Source: Eubacteriales bacterium (lineage in GTDB: Bacteria; Bacillota; Clostridia; Oscillospirales; CAG-272). Taken from it: a stretch of DNA of 50,857 bases. The position numbers and the translations under genes were made by a program. The stretch's first letter is position 1. Each line of letters starts with the position of its first letter. Shown in pieces: positions 17,056 to 26,358 of this stretch. Location of the stretch: NCBI GenBank assembly GCA_045637265.1, contig JAZTZC010000130.1, positions 1 through 50,857 on the forward strand, given 5' to 3'. The notes beneath the pieces were generated by a model, which was given only the letters and a program-made list of their open reading frames with translations, ran no database searches and was not told where the DNA came from.

Positions 17056-17726
17056 AAAAACAAAATTTTTCTAATGCCATTCTTACGACTGCACTCTGCA
17101 CCTTCATTCTGCTATGTTCCTGTGACAGTCGGTCATCCGTCATATTCGCGGATGACAAAACAACAATGACCGTAAACAGTACAACATATACCGTCACAGA
17201 ATACAAAACGTGTGCATCAGCCGGATATGCACTGTGCGATAACGGCAGAATCTATCGCTGTACCGTATCTGATGTTCGAGAAGTGTATACTCCCACACCG
17301 TATTCCACTGCAACAGCACTGTATATCATCGGCGATGATTTATATTTTTCTGCAATCGATACGGTGGATACACAGTCAACACGGTTGTACGTATATGACA
17401 CAGCTTCCGATACGACCGATTTTGTAATGATGTGTGATGCTATCGCGGCGACAGACGAACTGCTTTGCGCAATTCAGTCCCGAGCCGGAAACATGTTTGT
17501 CATGAACAATGTGTTCTATGCAACAGAAGAAACAGATGGATTTCAACCGATCTCTATGGGAGAAACAAATTACGGCTATGTAGTCGGCGGGCTGTCGATT
17601 GACGACGAGGGACAGATTCATTTTTTTGCAATTCCTGAAATGATGGGAACAAGCGATATTTCCCTGTCGGAATATTTGAATTTGAATGCCGTGGAATATG
17701 TTTTTGATCCAACAACCGAACAGTAA
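17052..17726 (+). CDS. hypothetical lipoprotein
   Basis: ATG 17052 overlaps the rlmI-like stop (ATGA). Signal peptide plus lipobox (ALCTFILLCSCDS). 224 aa. No recognisable family. Confidence 0.5.
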   Translation: MKKQNFSNAILTTALCTFILLCSCDSRSSVIFADDKTTMTVNSTTYTVTEYKTCASAGYALCDNGRIYRCTVSDVREVYTPTPYSTATALYIIGDDLYFSAIDTVDTQSTRLYVYDTASDTTDFVMMCDAIAATDELLCAIQSRAGNMFVMNNVFYATEETDGFQPISMGETNYGYVVGGLSIDDEGQIHFFAIPEMMGTSDISLSEYLNLNAVEYVFDPTTEQ

Positions 17727-17747
17727 ATGAAATATAAATATACTATT

Positions 17748-17779
17748 ACAGGGAGAACCCAATCACGGGTCCTCCCTGT
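17748..17779. terminator. bidirectional terminator between convergent genes
   Basis: ACAGGGAGAACCC / GGGTCCTCCCTGT stem (one mismatch) with a 6-nt loop. Sits between the lipoprotein gene (+) and the transglutaminase gene (-). Confidence 0.5.
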
Positions 17780-17790
17780 TGTTATTTCAT

Positions 17791-20700
17791 TTAATCCATC
17801 AGACCAAGCAGATACTTCAATCGGAATCGCATGAAGAATCCCGCTTCTGCGCGAATGACATCCTCCAGTCGGACAATGTAATCGGCAAGCATCCACAACT
17901 CTTCCTCATCGATGAGGACATCGCCGAACTCGTTCTTGGCGATATACGCATAGACCGCCTCTGCCGCGCCGATCGAGCCGTTCTCGCCCTTGACCTTGAA
18001 GCGCATATCCAGTCGGTGCGTGTATTCCTTCGGTGTCTCGCCGGTCATCGGCTTGACATCAAAGACTGCCGCGGTTTTGCGCAGGTTGTCATAAAGTGCC
18101 GATGCGATCGGTGCACGTTCATCCTCTTCCGCCAGATGCTGTTTTGCTTTTTTCAGCATTTCCGTATGACGGTAGCGCATTGCCTCGCGGTTCTTGTGGA
18201 ACCGATACAGCACATAGATGACCGCCGCCGCAATCGCCGCTGTGATCAGCACGGTGATGATGATATCGCCGTACAGATCCCACAGCGTATCCTCCTCTTC
18301 CTCCTCCTCGATTTCTTCGACGACAGGGGATTCGGTGATATCGGTGGACGACGAATCGCCGCGATTGTAGTTGATCGTTTCGTACGGGTCATACATCTCG
18401 CTGTAATACGGCGATGTGACCTCGGTGGTCAGCCAACCGTAGTTTTCCAGATAGATTTCACACCACGCATGTGCGTTGGAGTCTTTTACATTGCAGATGT
18501 AATTGCCAACGCGATCCTCCGCCTCGTTGCGGGAGAACTTCGGTGCGATATATCCTTCGACATAACGTGTAGGAACACCGACGGAGCGCAGAAGCAGGGT
18601 CGCCGATGTGGCATACTGTACGCAATAGCCTTCTTTGGTGACAAACAGGAAGCGTTCCACCGAGGACATCGTGTCTTCTGTTTCGGGCACGGTCGGGGTC
18701 AGTGTATAGACCATGTTGTCGGAGAGGTACTTTGCAATGCGGCGGGCATATTCGGTGTAGTACAGCGATTCGTTATAAACCATACCGTCAACCTGACCGC
18801 GCAGAAATGCATGAAAGGCTTCTGCGTCTGTGACGTAATACTCAACATTGATCAGCGAATTGTCCGTACCGCGCACCTCACGTGCTTCGATAAACGGTTT
18901 GCCAGCTGCCGCAGTTACCGCCTCGTTCAGTTCCGCCGCCAGCTCCTCCCCCACGGAATAATCCAGCGGATCATCCGAATCGGGAAGCTGTATATATACC
19001 ACTTGTTCGTCCTCTTCACGGGAAATGCCGTTTCCGTAATCAATGATGATATCAAGATCTTCGGTTGCATACATCATCCGAGCGGTATCCCCAACCGTAT
19101 ACTGCATCGCACGGCGCGCAAGCAGATCGGTAAAGTCTACTTCCTCACCGTCAACTCTTGCGGTCAATCCCGTTTCGGGAAGCGGCTCGGAGTAGATAAT
19201 CTCAAGCGCAAGATTGCGGAGCTTTTCATTGAGTACTTCATCCTGCGTCAGCGAGGTATAAAGACCGTTTTCGGTGACATAGTCGTTGTACTGCATCACT
19301 TCATTGATCTCATTCATGAAGTTCTGCCGTCCGTCGGCATCCAGCGACAGATAATACTCGGAGAGATTTCTCAGTGAGTAAGCATCATATCCGCTGTCAA
19401 ATACCGTGGTTTTTTCCTCCTCAAACAATCTTGCGATATCATTTCCGACATAAGCATAGACATCCATGAAGGTGTCATACGCCATACGCTTCTGATTCAG
19501 CGCCTGATGCCAATCCTGCTCCTTGTAGAGCGGCAGATAGGCAACCGCGGAATATTTTGCACCCTTGTGGAACGCACGGGAGTAAGCAATGCCGTCAAAG
19601 TAATTGATCCATCGCTTTCCGTATGCCTCCTCAATGGAGCCGTATTCCTGCAGGGAAAGCTCGGTGTTCATTTTCGATGGTAAAAACAGAATATTGCCCG
19701 CGACACCGAGGTTTTTGAGCGAAATCATCGTCGTCATAAAGCCCTCGTCCTCATGGTTGACATACGAGGTCTTGGTTTTATAGCGAACGAGCTTTTCGTT
19801 CAGGTTGCGATAAAAACGGTAGGTGATATCCTCGGCACTGAAGCCGTCGGGAAACAGCTCCTTGAAGCCGTCACGCGTTGCCTCATCCGCGACATACCAC
19901 TTATCGTCAAGGAACGTCGCCGATACCCACGAACGCAGGTAGACGGGCAGATTCAAGTTCGACTGAATTTCCAGTACCGGCTTACCCGTGAAATAGCGCG
20001 GGAGCGCAATGGAAGAACGCGCATCGAGAATTTCGGCGGCACCTGTTAAGCCAAGATCGGCAATCTGCATATCCTCGCCTGTGATGATCGCCATTTCGTA
20101 TGCACGGATGGTTTCCATGACTGTGTCGATGGTTTCATAAGTTTTCCACGGTTTTTTGACGCGGGAAGCGGGAATGGCAATGGCAAGCAGCGCCAATGCC
20201 GTACAAAGCAGCGCCGAAAAACCGACCACCGCCGAACCGCGCAGGGAAAAGGCATGCTCCGTCTTTTTGTCGGCGGTATATGCGGAAATGTCACCGATAT
20301 CGGGTATCGGCTCGGTTGGTTCCGTTTCTTCTTTTTCAAGTTCAGCCGCGCTGACTGTTTTGTGCTTGGGAAGTGCGGCATATTTGTCTGCCATTTTCAT
20401 GCACAAAAGACCGCAGATACCTGCGACCGACAGCGCAATACCCCACTTGGAGGTCGAAATATTATAAAGGAAGACGAGCGTATAGCTGAACGCGGTAATA
20501 CACGCAATCGGCCAGACGCGGAGCTTCTTTGCGGTGCAATGCGCAACGATGATTGCACAGATGACCTGCAGAAGTCCGAACGCAATTTTTGCCCACAGCA
20601 GTTCTGCTTCCGCAGTCAACGGGCTGTCGAGCTTGAACACATACAGCACGCCGTAGCCGATGGTCATCATATAGGAGATGGCGGAGTTGAACAGTCCGCG

Positions 20701-21126
20701 GCCGAGATTCACCGCGAGCGTGATCGGATCGATTCCGCTTACTGCAAAATACACAACGAACAGAGCCGCACCGAGCGCTGTCAGAATCCACATAATGACC
20801 GAGACGATTTTGTTCCAGCAAGCCGCGCCGTGCAGAAGCAATACAAGCGCGATCATCGGCAAAAACAGCAGCTTCGGTGTTGCAAAGCCAAAGGCGTTAT
20901 CTGTGAACAGATACAATCCGACCAGCAGCAGATATGCGGGAACCAGACGCAAAAGCAATCCGACAGGCGTCATCCAATCGGACACCGTCTGAAGACCCGG
21001 ATGCAGATGGCGCAGATTCCGCTGTTTTGCACGACGCTTTTCCGCACGGCGGTCGGGGCGCGGCGCCTTGACCGGTACCGCAGCAGGTTCCGCTGTCTCT
21101 GGAGTAATTTTGGGGTGTTTGGACAT
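17791..21126 (-). CDS. polytopic membrane transglutaminase-domain protein (TgpA-like, unusually large)
   Basis: The track ORF starts at 21156, but GAGGA followed 8 nt later by ATG favours 21126 (MSKHPKITPE; 1111 aa). The N-terminal ~300 aa hold many hydrophobic helices. Transglutaminase core: GYCVQYATSATLLLRSVGVPTRYVEGY ... AHAWCEIYLENYGWLTTEVT. A further TM helix (IIITVLITAAIAAAVIYVLY) is followed by a cytoplasmic tail. Confidence 0.8.
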   Translation of the reverse strand: MSKHPKITPETAEPAAVPVKAPRPDRRAEKRRAKQRNLRHLHPGLQTVSDWMTPVGLLLRLVPAYLLLVGLYLFTDNAFGFATPKLLFLPMIALVLLLHGAACWNKIVSVIMWILTALGAALFVVYFAVSGIDPITLAVNLGRGLFNSAISYMMTIGYGVLYVFKLDSPLTAEAELLWAKIAFGLLQVICAIIVAHCTAKKLRVWPIACITAFSYTLVFLYNISTSKWGIALSVAGICGLLCMKMADKYAALPKHKTVSAAELEKEETEPTEPIPDIGDISAYTADKKTEHAFSLRGSAVVGFSALLCTALALLAIAIPASRVKKPWKTYETIDTVMETIRAYEMAIITGEDMQIADLGLTGAAEILDARSSIALPRYFTGKPVLEIQSNLNLPVYLRSWVSATFLDDKWYVADEATRDGFKELFPDGFSAEDITYRFYRNLNEKLVRYKTKTSYVNHEDEGFMTTMISLKNLGVAGNILFLPSKMNTELSLQEYGSIEEAYGKRWINYFDGIAYSRAFHKGAKYSAVAYLPLYKEQDWHQALNQKRMAYDTFMDVYAYVGNDIARLFEEEKTTVFDSGYDAYSLRNLSEYYLSLDADGRQNFMNEINEVMQYNDYVTENGLYTSLTQDEVLNEKLRNLALEIIYSEPLPETGLTARVDGEEVDFTDLLARRAMQYTVGDTARMMYATEDLDIIIDYGNGISREEDEQVVYIQLPDSDDPLDYSVGEELAAELNEAVTAAAGKPFIEAREVRGTDNSLINVEYYVTDAEAFHAFLRGQVDGMVYNESLYYTEYARRIAKYLSDNMVYTLTPTVPETEDTMSSVERFLFVTKEGYCVQYATSATLLLRSVGVPTRYVEGYIAPKFSRNEAEDRVGNYICNVKDSNAHAWCEIYLENYGWLTTEVTSPYYSEMYDPYETINYNRGDSSSTDITESPVVEEIEEEEEEDTLWDLYGDIIITVLITAAIAAAVIYVLYRFHKNREAMRYRHTEMLKKAKQHLAEEDERAPIASALYDNLRKTAAVFDVKPMTGETPKEYTHRLDMRFKVKGENGSIGAAEAVYAYIAKNEFGDVLIDEEELWMLADYIVRLEDVIRAEAGFFMRFRLKYLLGLMD

Positions 21127-21142
21127 GGATTGATTCCTCATT

Positions 21143-22618
21143 TTATTTGATTTCATTGAATACCGTTACGAGAATTCCCGCCGCACGCATCTGTGCGATG
21201 AGATGTTCGTTTTCGTCGTTATGACGTGCACGTTCCTCGGGATCACGGATCTTCGCAATCGGATCAAAATAGTACACCTGCAAGCCGCCCATCAGAACAA
21301 CGGACGAGTAGTCGCGCAGAGATTCCTGCAGGGTCGTTACAAGCGCCGCATCGAGACGGCTCGTGATGATGTAATAGGAAACAGATTCCGTTTCCGTGAT
21401 AAAGCGGCACAGCGATGCGGGAGACAGGGACGCATCATGCAGAGATGCCGTCGCAAAATACGGGTAGACACGTTCAAAGTCAAGCTCGTTGTACATGACC
21501 TCGGCGGCATAACCGATGTGCGGCGCTCCGTCGTCCGGTACTGCTTCCGTATTTTGTGCATGTTCGCCGAGCATGGCTTCCATACCGATCTCCGCAACAC
21601 GCTTTTCATACCACATCAAGGTACAGACATTGTTTGCGCCGCGCAGGGTGGACAGCATCAGCGCGATTGTCATTTCCGTGACAGCATCGGCACAGCAGAG
21701 ATTGATATCGTCGGTATACAGTCCACGCTTGAACGGGTCGGTATACTTCTCACCGAGATCGGGCAGAAAACAGACGGAACGACAGGCATTCATGCCGTAA
21801 TGCTTGACCATCAGATCCTGCGTTTTTGACGACAGCTTCCAATGGATATCACGCAGACCGTCACCCATGCGGTATTCCTTGATTTCGGTCAGCTCGGTAC
21901 GGTCAGCACCGCGGAAATTGCGGACTTCGGTCGTGTTGACCTCGGATGCGGCACCCTCGCCGTCGGTCACGATAACGGGTCGTCTCGGCATGACGAATAC
22001 CGGACGCAGATTGTCGCGCCGCATACGGATACGGAAGATCTTCAGCGGGTCATAGACATACAAGTCGCGGATGCCGATCTCATATCCGCCGCGATAATGG
22101 AAGGTTGCACGGTCGAGAATGCGGAAGGTTCCCTGCGGGGCAAGCGAGCAGGAGACACGCTTGGTATCACAGCGCACGCCGTCGGTCGCGGGATACTGGA
22201 TATCCGCATCGACAAACGGGTACGGCAGAAAGCCATTGTTGGCGATCAGAATTTCATATTCGAGCGGTACTTCCTTCTGCACCGTCTCCGCCTCGACCGT
22301 ATTGGACTCGCTGACGAACATATTACAGGTCAGCACATACAGCACGAGCAGCGGCGGCAAAAGCATCACAAAGATAAACAGCACCGAGGAAAGCGGTGAA
22401 CGCAGTGCCTGCGTAAACAACAGCGCAAACACAAAGAACAGTCCGTACCAGATCGCATTTTTTGTCAAGGAAAAGGTCGGATAGGTTTTCAGCCGCGCCA
22501 GCTTTTCCTGTCGTCGGATATCGGCAAGAATTTTCGCTTCTTCCTTGATTTTCAGCTTTCTTGCTTTTTCCTCTGCCTTTTGCTGTGCCAGCTGCTGTTT
22601 TTCCATGAACGCGTTCAT
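21143..22618 (-). CDS. DUF58 domain protein (MoxR partner, VWA-like)
   Basis: 491 aa. Two N-terminal TM helices. DUF58 signature EIKEYRMGDGLRDIHWKLSSKT. Its start overlaps the MoxR stop by 4 nt. Confidence 0.8.
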   Translation of the reverse strand: MNAFMEKQQLAQQKAEEKARKLKIKEEAKILADIRRQEKLARLKTYPTFSLTKNAIWYGLFFVFALLFTQALRSPLSSVLFIFVMLLPPLLVLYVLTCNMFVSESNTVEAETVQKEVPLEYEILIANNGFLPYPFVDADIQYPATDGVRCDTKRVSCSLAPQGTFRILDRATFHYRGGYEIGIRDLYVYDPLKIFRIRMRRDNLRPVFVMPRRPVIVTDGEGAASEVNTTEVRNFRGADRTELTEIKEYRMGDGLRDIHWKLSSKTQDLMVKHYGMNACRSVCFLPDLGEKYTDPFKRGLYTDDINLCCADAVTEMTIALMLSTLRGANNVCTLMWYEKRVAEIGMEAMLGEHAQNTEAVPDDGAPHIGYAAEVMYNELDFERVYPYFATASLHDASLSPASLCRFITETESVSYYIITSRLDAALVTTLQESLRDYSSVVLMGGLQVYYFDPIAKIRDPEERARHNDENEHLIAQMRAAGILVTVFNEIK

Positions 22619-23637
22619 GCTTTGTCCTCATCCTTTTCGCGTTTGCCGACAAACGGAACATCCGCCGCACGGAGAATATCGCGCAGAACCTGCTCTGCGG
22701 TCATGCGCTGCAGCTTTGCCTCCTGCTTGAGCATAACGCGGTGCGCGATGGTATTGACGAAGATCGCGTTGACGTCCTCGGGAATGACATAGGTACGGTT
22801 GTGCATCAATGCATACGCCTGCGCCATACGGGTCAGCGCAAGAGAAGCACGGGGAGATGCGCCCAGCGACAGCGCACCGTGACGTCTGGTCGCGGCAACC
22901 AGTCTGACAATATAATCATAGATTGCATCATCCATGTGGACATCCGCCGCGGCATCCTTGAGAGCGCGGATCTTATCGGCATCGGTCTGTGCTGTGACCT
23001 TGTCCAGCGGATTTTCGTACTTTCTTGCGCGGATGATGTTGATTTCCTCTTCTGCCGTCGGATAACCGATGGAGATCTTGACGGTGAAACGGTCCAGCTG
23101 TGCTTCGGGCAGCGGATAGGTACCGACAAAGCCTGTCGGGTTCTGAGTCGCAATGACAAAGAACGGATCGGGAATGGCATAGGTTGTACCGTCAACGGTG
23201 ACCTTTGCTTCTTCCATCGATTCGAGCAGCGAGGACTGCGTCTTCGGCGATGCGCGGTTGATTTCATCGGCGAGCAGAATGTTGGTCATGACAAGACCTT
23301 CGCGGAACTCAAAGTTCTCGGTCTGACGGTTATAGATATTGAAGCCTGTGATATCGGATGCCATAACATCGGGCGTGAACTGTGCGCGCTTGAATTTCAG
23401 TCCTGCCGCTGCCGCAAGTGCCGCCGCAAGCGTGGTTTTACCGACACCGGGAACGTCTTCGATCAGCACGTGACCGCCGGCAAGAAGTGCCGTAACCAGC
23501 ATGATGATTTCATGGCGCTTACCGATGACGACCTTTTCAATCTCGGCAACCAGTGCCTGTGCTGTCGCGTGGACATCACCCAAAATTTCCGCAGCTTCTG
23601 CGGTGTTAAACTGCATTTCGTTGTTCATATGGTTCAT
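22615..23637 (-). CDS. MoxR family AAA+ ATPase
   Basis: 340 aa. GHVLIEDVPGVGKTTLA Walker A, ILLADEINRA Walker B, RAQFTPDVMASDITG and FFVIATQNP motifs typical of MoxR/AAA_3. Confidence 0.9.
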   Translation of the reverse strand: MNHMNNEMQFNTAEAAEILGDVHATAQALVAEIEKVVIGKRHEIIMLVTALLAGGHVLIEDVPGVGKTTLAAALAAAAGLKFKRAQFTPDVMASDITGFNIYNRQTENFEFREGLVMTNILLADEINRASPKTQSSLLESMEEAKVTVDGTTYAIPDPFFVIATQNPTGFVGTYPLPEAQLDRFTVKISIGYPTAEEEINIIRARKYENPLDKVTAQTDADKIRALKDAAADVHMDDAIYDYIVRLVAATRRHGALSLGASPRASLALTRMAQAYALMHNRTYVIPEDVNAIFVNTIAHRVMLKQEAKLQRMTAEQVLRDILRAADVPFVGKREKDEDKA

Positions 23638-23678
23638 CCTTCCTTTTGATTGGTTTTTTCGTTGTTGGATTTGTTTTT

Positions 23679-23707
23679 ATTATACTATATATGATGAATG
23701 CTGTCAA
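23679..23707 (-). promoter_or_regulatory. consensus SigA promoter of the MoxR operon
   Basis: The minus strand reads TTGACA (rc of 23702..23707), exactly 17 nt, then TATAAT (rc of 23679..23684). About 40 nt upstream of the AAGGAAGG RBS and the ATG at 23637. Confidence 0.6.
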
Positions 23708-23904
23708 GAAAAAACTGCGCAATCTCTTAATTTTTTTGTGTAATTTGATAAAGACACAAAACTGTTTATGTGTTTTTCCTGTTGCCATGCACAACTTTTG
23801 ATAACAGACAACCGCTTTTTTCCTGTATTTGAAAACATTTGGTAAAAAACGTATCGGGTACTGTATTTTTCCGAAAAACTATGATATAATATAGGCAGAC
23901 ATCC

Positions 23905-23955
23905 CAAAACAAAAAGAGCACCTCAGCCGTGTCGCATCAGACATGCCGGTACTCT
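23905..23955 (-). terminator. probable spoVG terminator
   Basis: Imperfect hairpin 23915..23955 (arms AGAGCACCTCAGCCGTGTC / GACATGCCGGTACTCT). On the minus strand it is followed by CTTTTTGTTTTG (rc of 23905..23914 and flanks). About 65 nt downstream of the spoVG stop. Confidence 0.4.
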
Positions 23956-24019
23956 TTTCTGTCGTGATTGTGTTTTTTCTCATACTGTCATTACTCCCAA
24001 AGTCGAGGAACAGATCGTC

Positions 24020-24340
24020 TTACAGGATCGCGTCTGCGTATTCCTCATCCCGTCTGCACAGAGGGCTTGTGCCGTTGTCATACGCTTCCCGTTCTGCGTG
24101 ATAGGCTTCGATCACGGCACTCTCCAAAGTCGAGCGGAATTCGACGTTGATCGGATGAACGATATCGCGGTACGTGCCGTCGGGATTCTTGCGGCTGGGC
24201 ATAACAATAAAGAACTTGTCTCTTGCATAAATTACCTTGATGTCGTGAACTGCCAATGCATGATCAAAGGTCACGGAGACGATGGCTTTCATAGGGCCTT
24301 CGTCAAAAAGCTTTCGGATTTTGATGTCTGTGATGGTCAT
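24020..24340 (-). CDS. spoVG: septation protein SpoVG
   Basis: The track ORF extends to 24496, but homology starts at the Met at 24340: MTITDIKIRKLFDEGPMKAIVSVTFDHALAVHDIKVIYARDKFFIVMPSRKNPDGTYRDIVHPIN. 106 aa with a short C-terminal tail. Confidence 0.85.
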   Translation of the reverse strand: MTITDIKIRKLFDEGPMKAIVSVTFDHALAVHDIKVIYARDKFFIVMPSRKNPDGTYRDIVHPINVEFRSTLESAVIEAYHAEREAYDNGTSPLCRRDEEYADAIL

Positions 24341-24542
24341 GGATATGTTTCCTTTCGATGTTTTTGATGCTTCTGTCGCGTCTGTTATTATTATACACGA
24401 AAAATGTGAAAAATGTAAATGCAAAAAGCAAGGAATTTCTGAATAATTTATTACAGGATTATGACGAAAAACACGAGAAATGTCGATAATTTTCATATTT
24501 TAACTATTCATAAATATAACTGTCAATATGGAGGAACTATTT

Positions 24543-25967
24543 ATGGGATATACAAATAGTTGTATATTTATGCACTCTATACAGGAATTGGAGCAACTTT
24601 TGCCCCGTGGCTGTTCGCTCTTCTTCATCGGCATCGGCGGCGTATCGATGAGCGCACTTGCCATGATCGCCAAGGAAAAGGGTTACCGCGTCTCCGGCTC
24701 AGACCGTGCGGTATCCCGCAACACGGAAATGTTGTGTGATGCCGGTATCACCGTACATCCTGTACATGATGCGGCAAACATCGCTGGCTGTGACGCCGTA
24801 ATCTACAATGCCGCGATCGGTGAAGATAACCCCGAATATGCCGCGGCGAAAGAAGCCGGAATTCCGCTGGTCTACCGTACCTGTTTCCTGTCGTTTCTGA
24901 TGCGCGGATACCGCCACGGCATCGGTATCGCCGGTATGCACGGCAAAACAACCACCTCTGCAATGCTTTCCCATCTGTTTCTTTCTGCCGGACGTGATCC
25001 CGCGATTCTGATCGGTGCCCCGATTCCCGAGCTCGGTCACGATTTCCATTCCGGCACGGGAGAGGACTTCATCTTTGAAGCGTGTGAGTACAAGGACTCT
25101 TTCCTTTCCTTCCATCCGAGCATTGCCGTCGTTCTCAACGAAGAGATGGACCATCCCGACTATTTCAAGTCGCTGGAGCAGATCAAGGGATCTTTCCACA
25201 GGTATATGGAAATCCCCGGCGAGGAGGGCATCGATATTGTCAACGCAGACGATGAAAACGTGCTCGATAGTGTCCGCGGCTGTCATGCGGCATGCGTAAC
25301 CTTCGGTATTGTAAATCCTAATGCGGAATACCGCGCGACTGACATTTCGTATCCCGACGGATGTGCCGCGTTCACGGTGCTTCACAACGGTGAGCCGTTC
25401 TGCAACATGCATCTTTCCGTTCCGGGACAGCACAATATCCTCAATGCACTCGCCTGTGTTGCCGCCGCCGACAAATGCGGTCTTTCCCCGGATGTCATTG
25501 CCGCGGGTATTTCCTCCTTTACCGGTGCCGGCCGCCGCATGGAATTCAAAGGATATCTGAAGGATTGTACGGTCCGTGTGCCTGTCTATGACGATTTCGG
25601 TCACCATCCGTCCGAGATCCGTACAACGCTGGAGGGAGCATACCGTCTGCGCAGCGGCGGACGACTGCGCTGCGTCTATCAGCCGCATACGTTCTCCCGT
25701 ACTGCCGAACTGTTTGAGGATTTTGTCACAGCATTTGACGTGTGCGATGAAGTTTTCTTTGCGGACATCTATGCTGCACGTGAAACCAATACCTACGGTG
25801 TCACATCAAAGCAGCTTGCCGACCGAATCGCCCACGCGTCCTATACTCCCGATTGGGACGCACTGAAAACATATCTCTGCGATACCGCCCAGGACGGTGA
25901 TCTGCTGATCATCATGGGTGCGGGAGATATCGCAAAATTTGCAGATATCATCGCAAAACCTGAGTAA
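24543..25967 (+). CDS. murC: UDP-N-acetylmuramate--L-alanine ligase
   Basis: GGAGG at 24530..24534 lies 8 nt before ATG 24543. FFIGIGGVSMSALA N-terminal motif. GIAGMHGKTTTSAM P-loop. Mur-ligase C-terminal domain. Confidence 0.9.
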   Translation: MGYTNSCIFMHSIQELEQLLPRGCSLFFIGIGGVSMSALAMIAKEKGYRVSGSDRAVSRNTEMLCDAGITVHPVHDAANIAGCDAVIYNAAIGEDNPEYAAAKEAGIPLVYRTCFLSFLMRGYRHGIGIAGMHGKTTTSAMLSHLFLSAGRDPAILIGAPIPELGHDFHSGTGEDFIFEACEYKDSFLSFHPSIAVVLNEEMDHPDYFKSLEQIKGSFHRYMEIPGEEGIDIVNADDENVLDSVRGCHAACVTFGIVNPNAEYRATDISYPDGCAAFTVLHNGEPFCNMHLSVPGQHNILNALACVAAADKCGLSPDVIAAGISSFTGAGRRMEFKGYLKDCTVRVPVYDDFGHHPSEIRTTLEGAYRLRSGGRLRCVYQPHTFSRTAELFEDFVTAFDVCDEVFFADIYAARETNTYGVTSKQLADRIAHASYTPDWDALKTYLCDTAQDGDLLIIMGAGDIAKFADIIAKPE

Positions 25968-25973
25968 AAAAGG

Positions 25974-26009
25974 ATCGGCGTTTTCCACAACCTGTCGGGA
26001 AACGCCGAT
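25974..26009 (+). terminator. hairpin after murC
   Basis: ATCGGCGTTTTCC / GGAAACGCCGAT stem (one bulged T) with an 11-nt loop. The trailing T-tract is only weak (ATTCGTTATATT). Confidence 0.45.
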
Positions 26010-26069
26010 ATTCGTTATATTGCACAAAATAGCGACAGTTAAATTGTTGAAGTTGCCGAATATTGGGTA

Positions 26070-26358
26070 TTTACAAAATCGTCATTCCGTGGTATAATAT
26101 TAGACGAAACAGAAGCTTTAAATCGGTACAGAGAGACCGGCAAGTTTTTTTCATATAAAACATCCGAGCCTGAACAGTAAACGGCAGATCCGATACCGCG
26201 GACGCGCGGCTGCGTTTGAGTTGATGAAAGAACGTCAGATAGATAACGGAACAGCCTTGAACTTCTTGCTCTCGGAAATCAGAGTATAACGATCTTGCCG
26301 TGTCATAAAACATCGGTAAGGTCTTTTTTTTGCAATTTTCAAACACGGAGGAACAACC
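26070..26358 (+). promoter_or_regulatory. pyr leader: promoter, PyrR-binding-loop candidate and attenuator
   Basis: TTTACA (26070..26075), 17 nt, TGgTATAAT (TATAAT 26093..26098). The hairpin CGGT-ACAGAGAG-ACCG at 26124..26140 resembles the PyrR binding loop consensus (..UCCAGAGAGGCU..). A terminator lies at 26291..26331, directly before pyrR. Confidence 0.6.
26291..26331 (+). terminator. attenuator terminator upstream of pyrR
   Basis: GAUCUUGCCG (26291..26300) pairs with CGGUAAGGUC (26314..26323): 10 bp including two G-U pairs, with a 13-nt loop. Followed by T8 (26324..26331). Confidence 0.7.

Noticed and set aside
23862-23968. Plus-strand extended -10 element TGaTATAAT (23882..23890) followed by a hairpin. 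Considered as a possible small RNA antisense to the spoVG 3' region.
   Set aside because: It has no convincing -35. The hairpin has a much better T-tract on the minus strand, so it is more simply the spoVG terminator. Nothing else supports a transcript, and RNA-seq would be needed.
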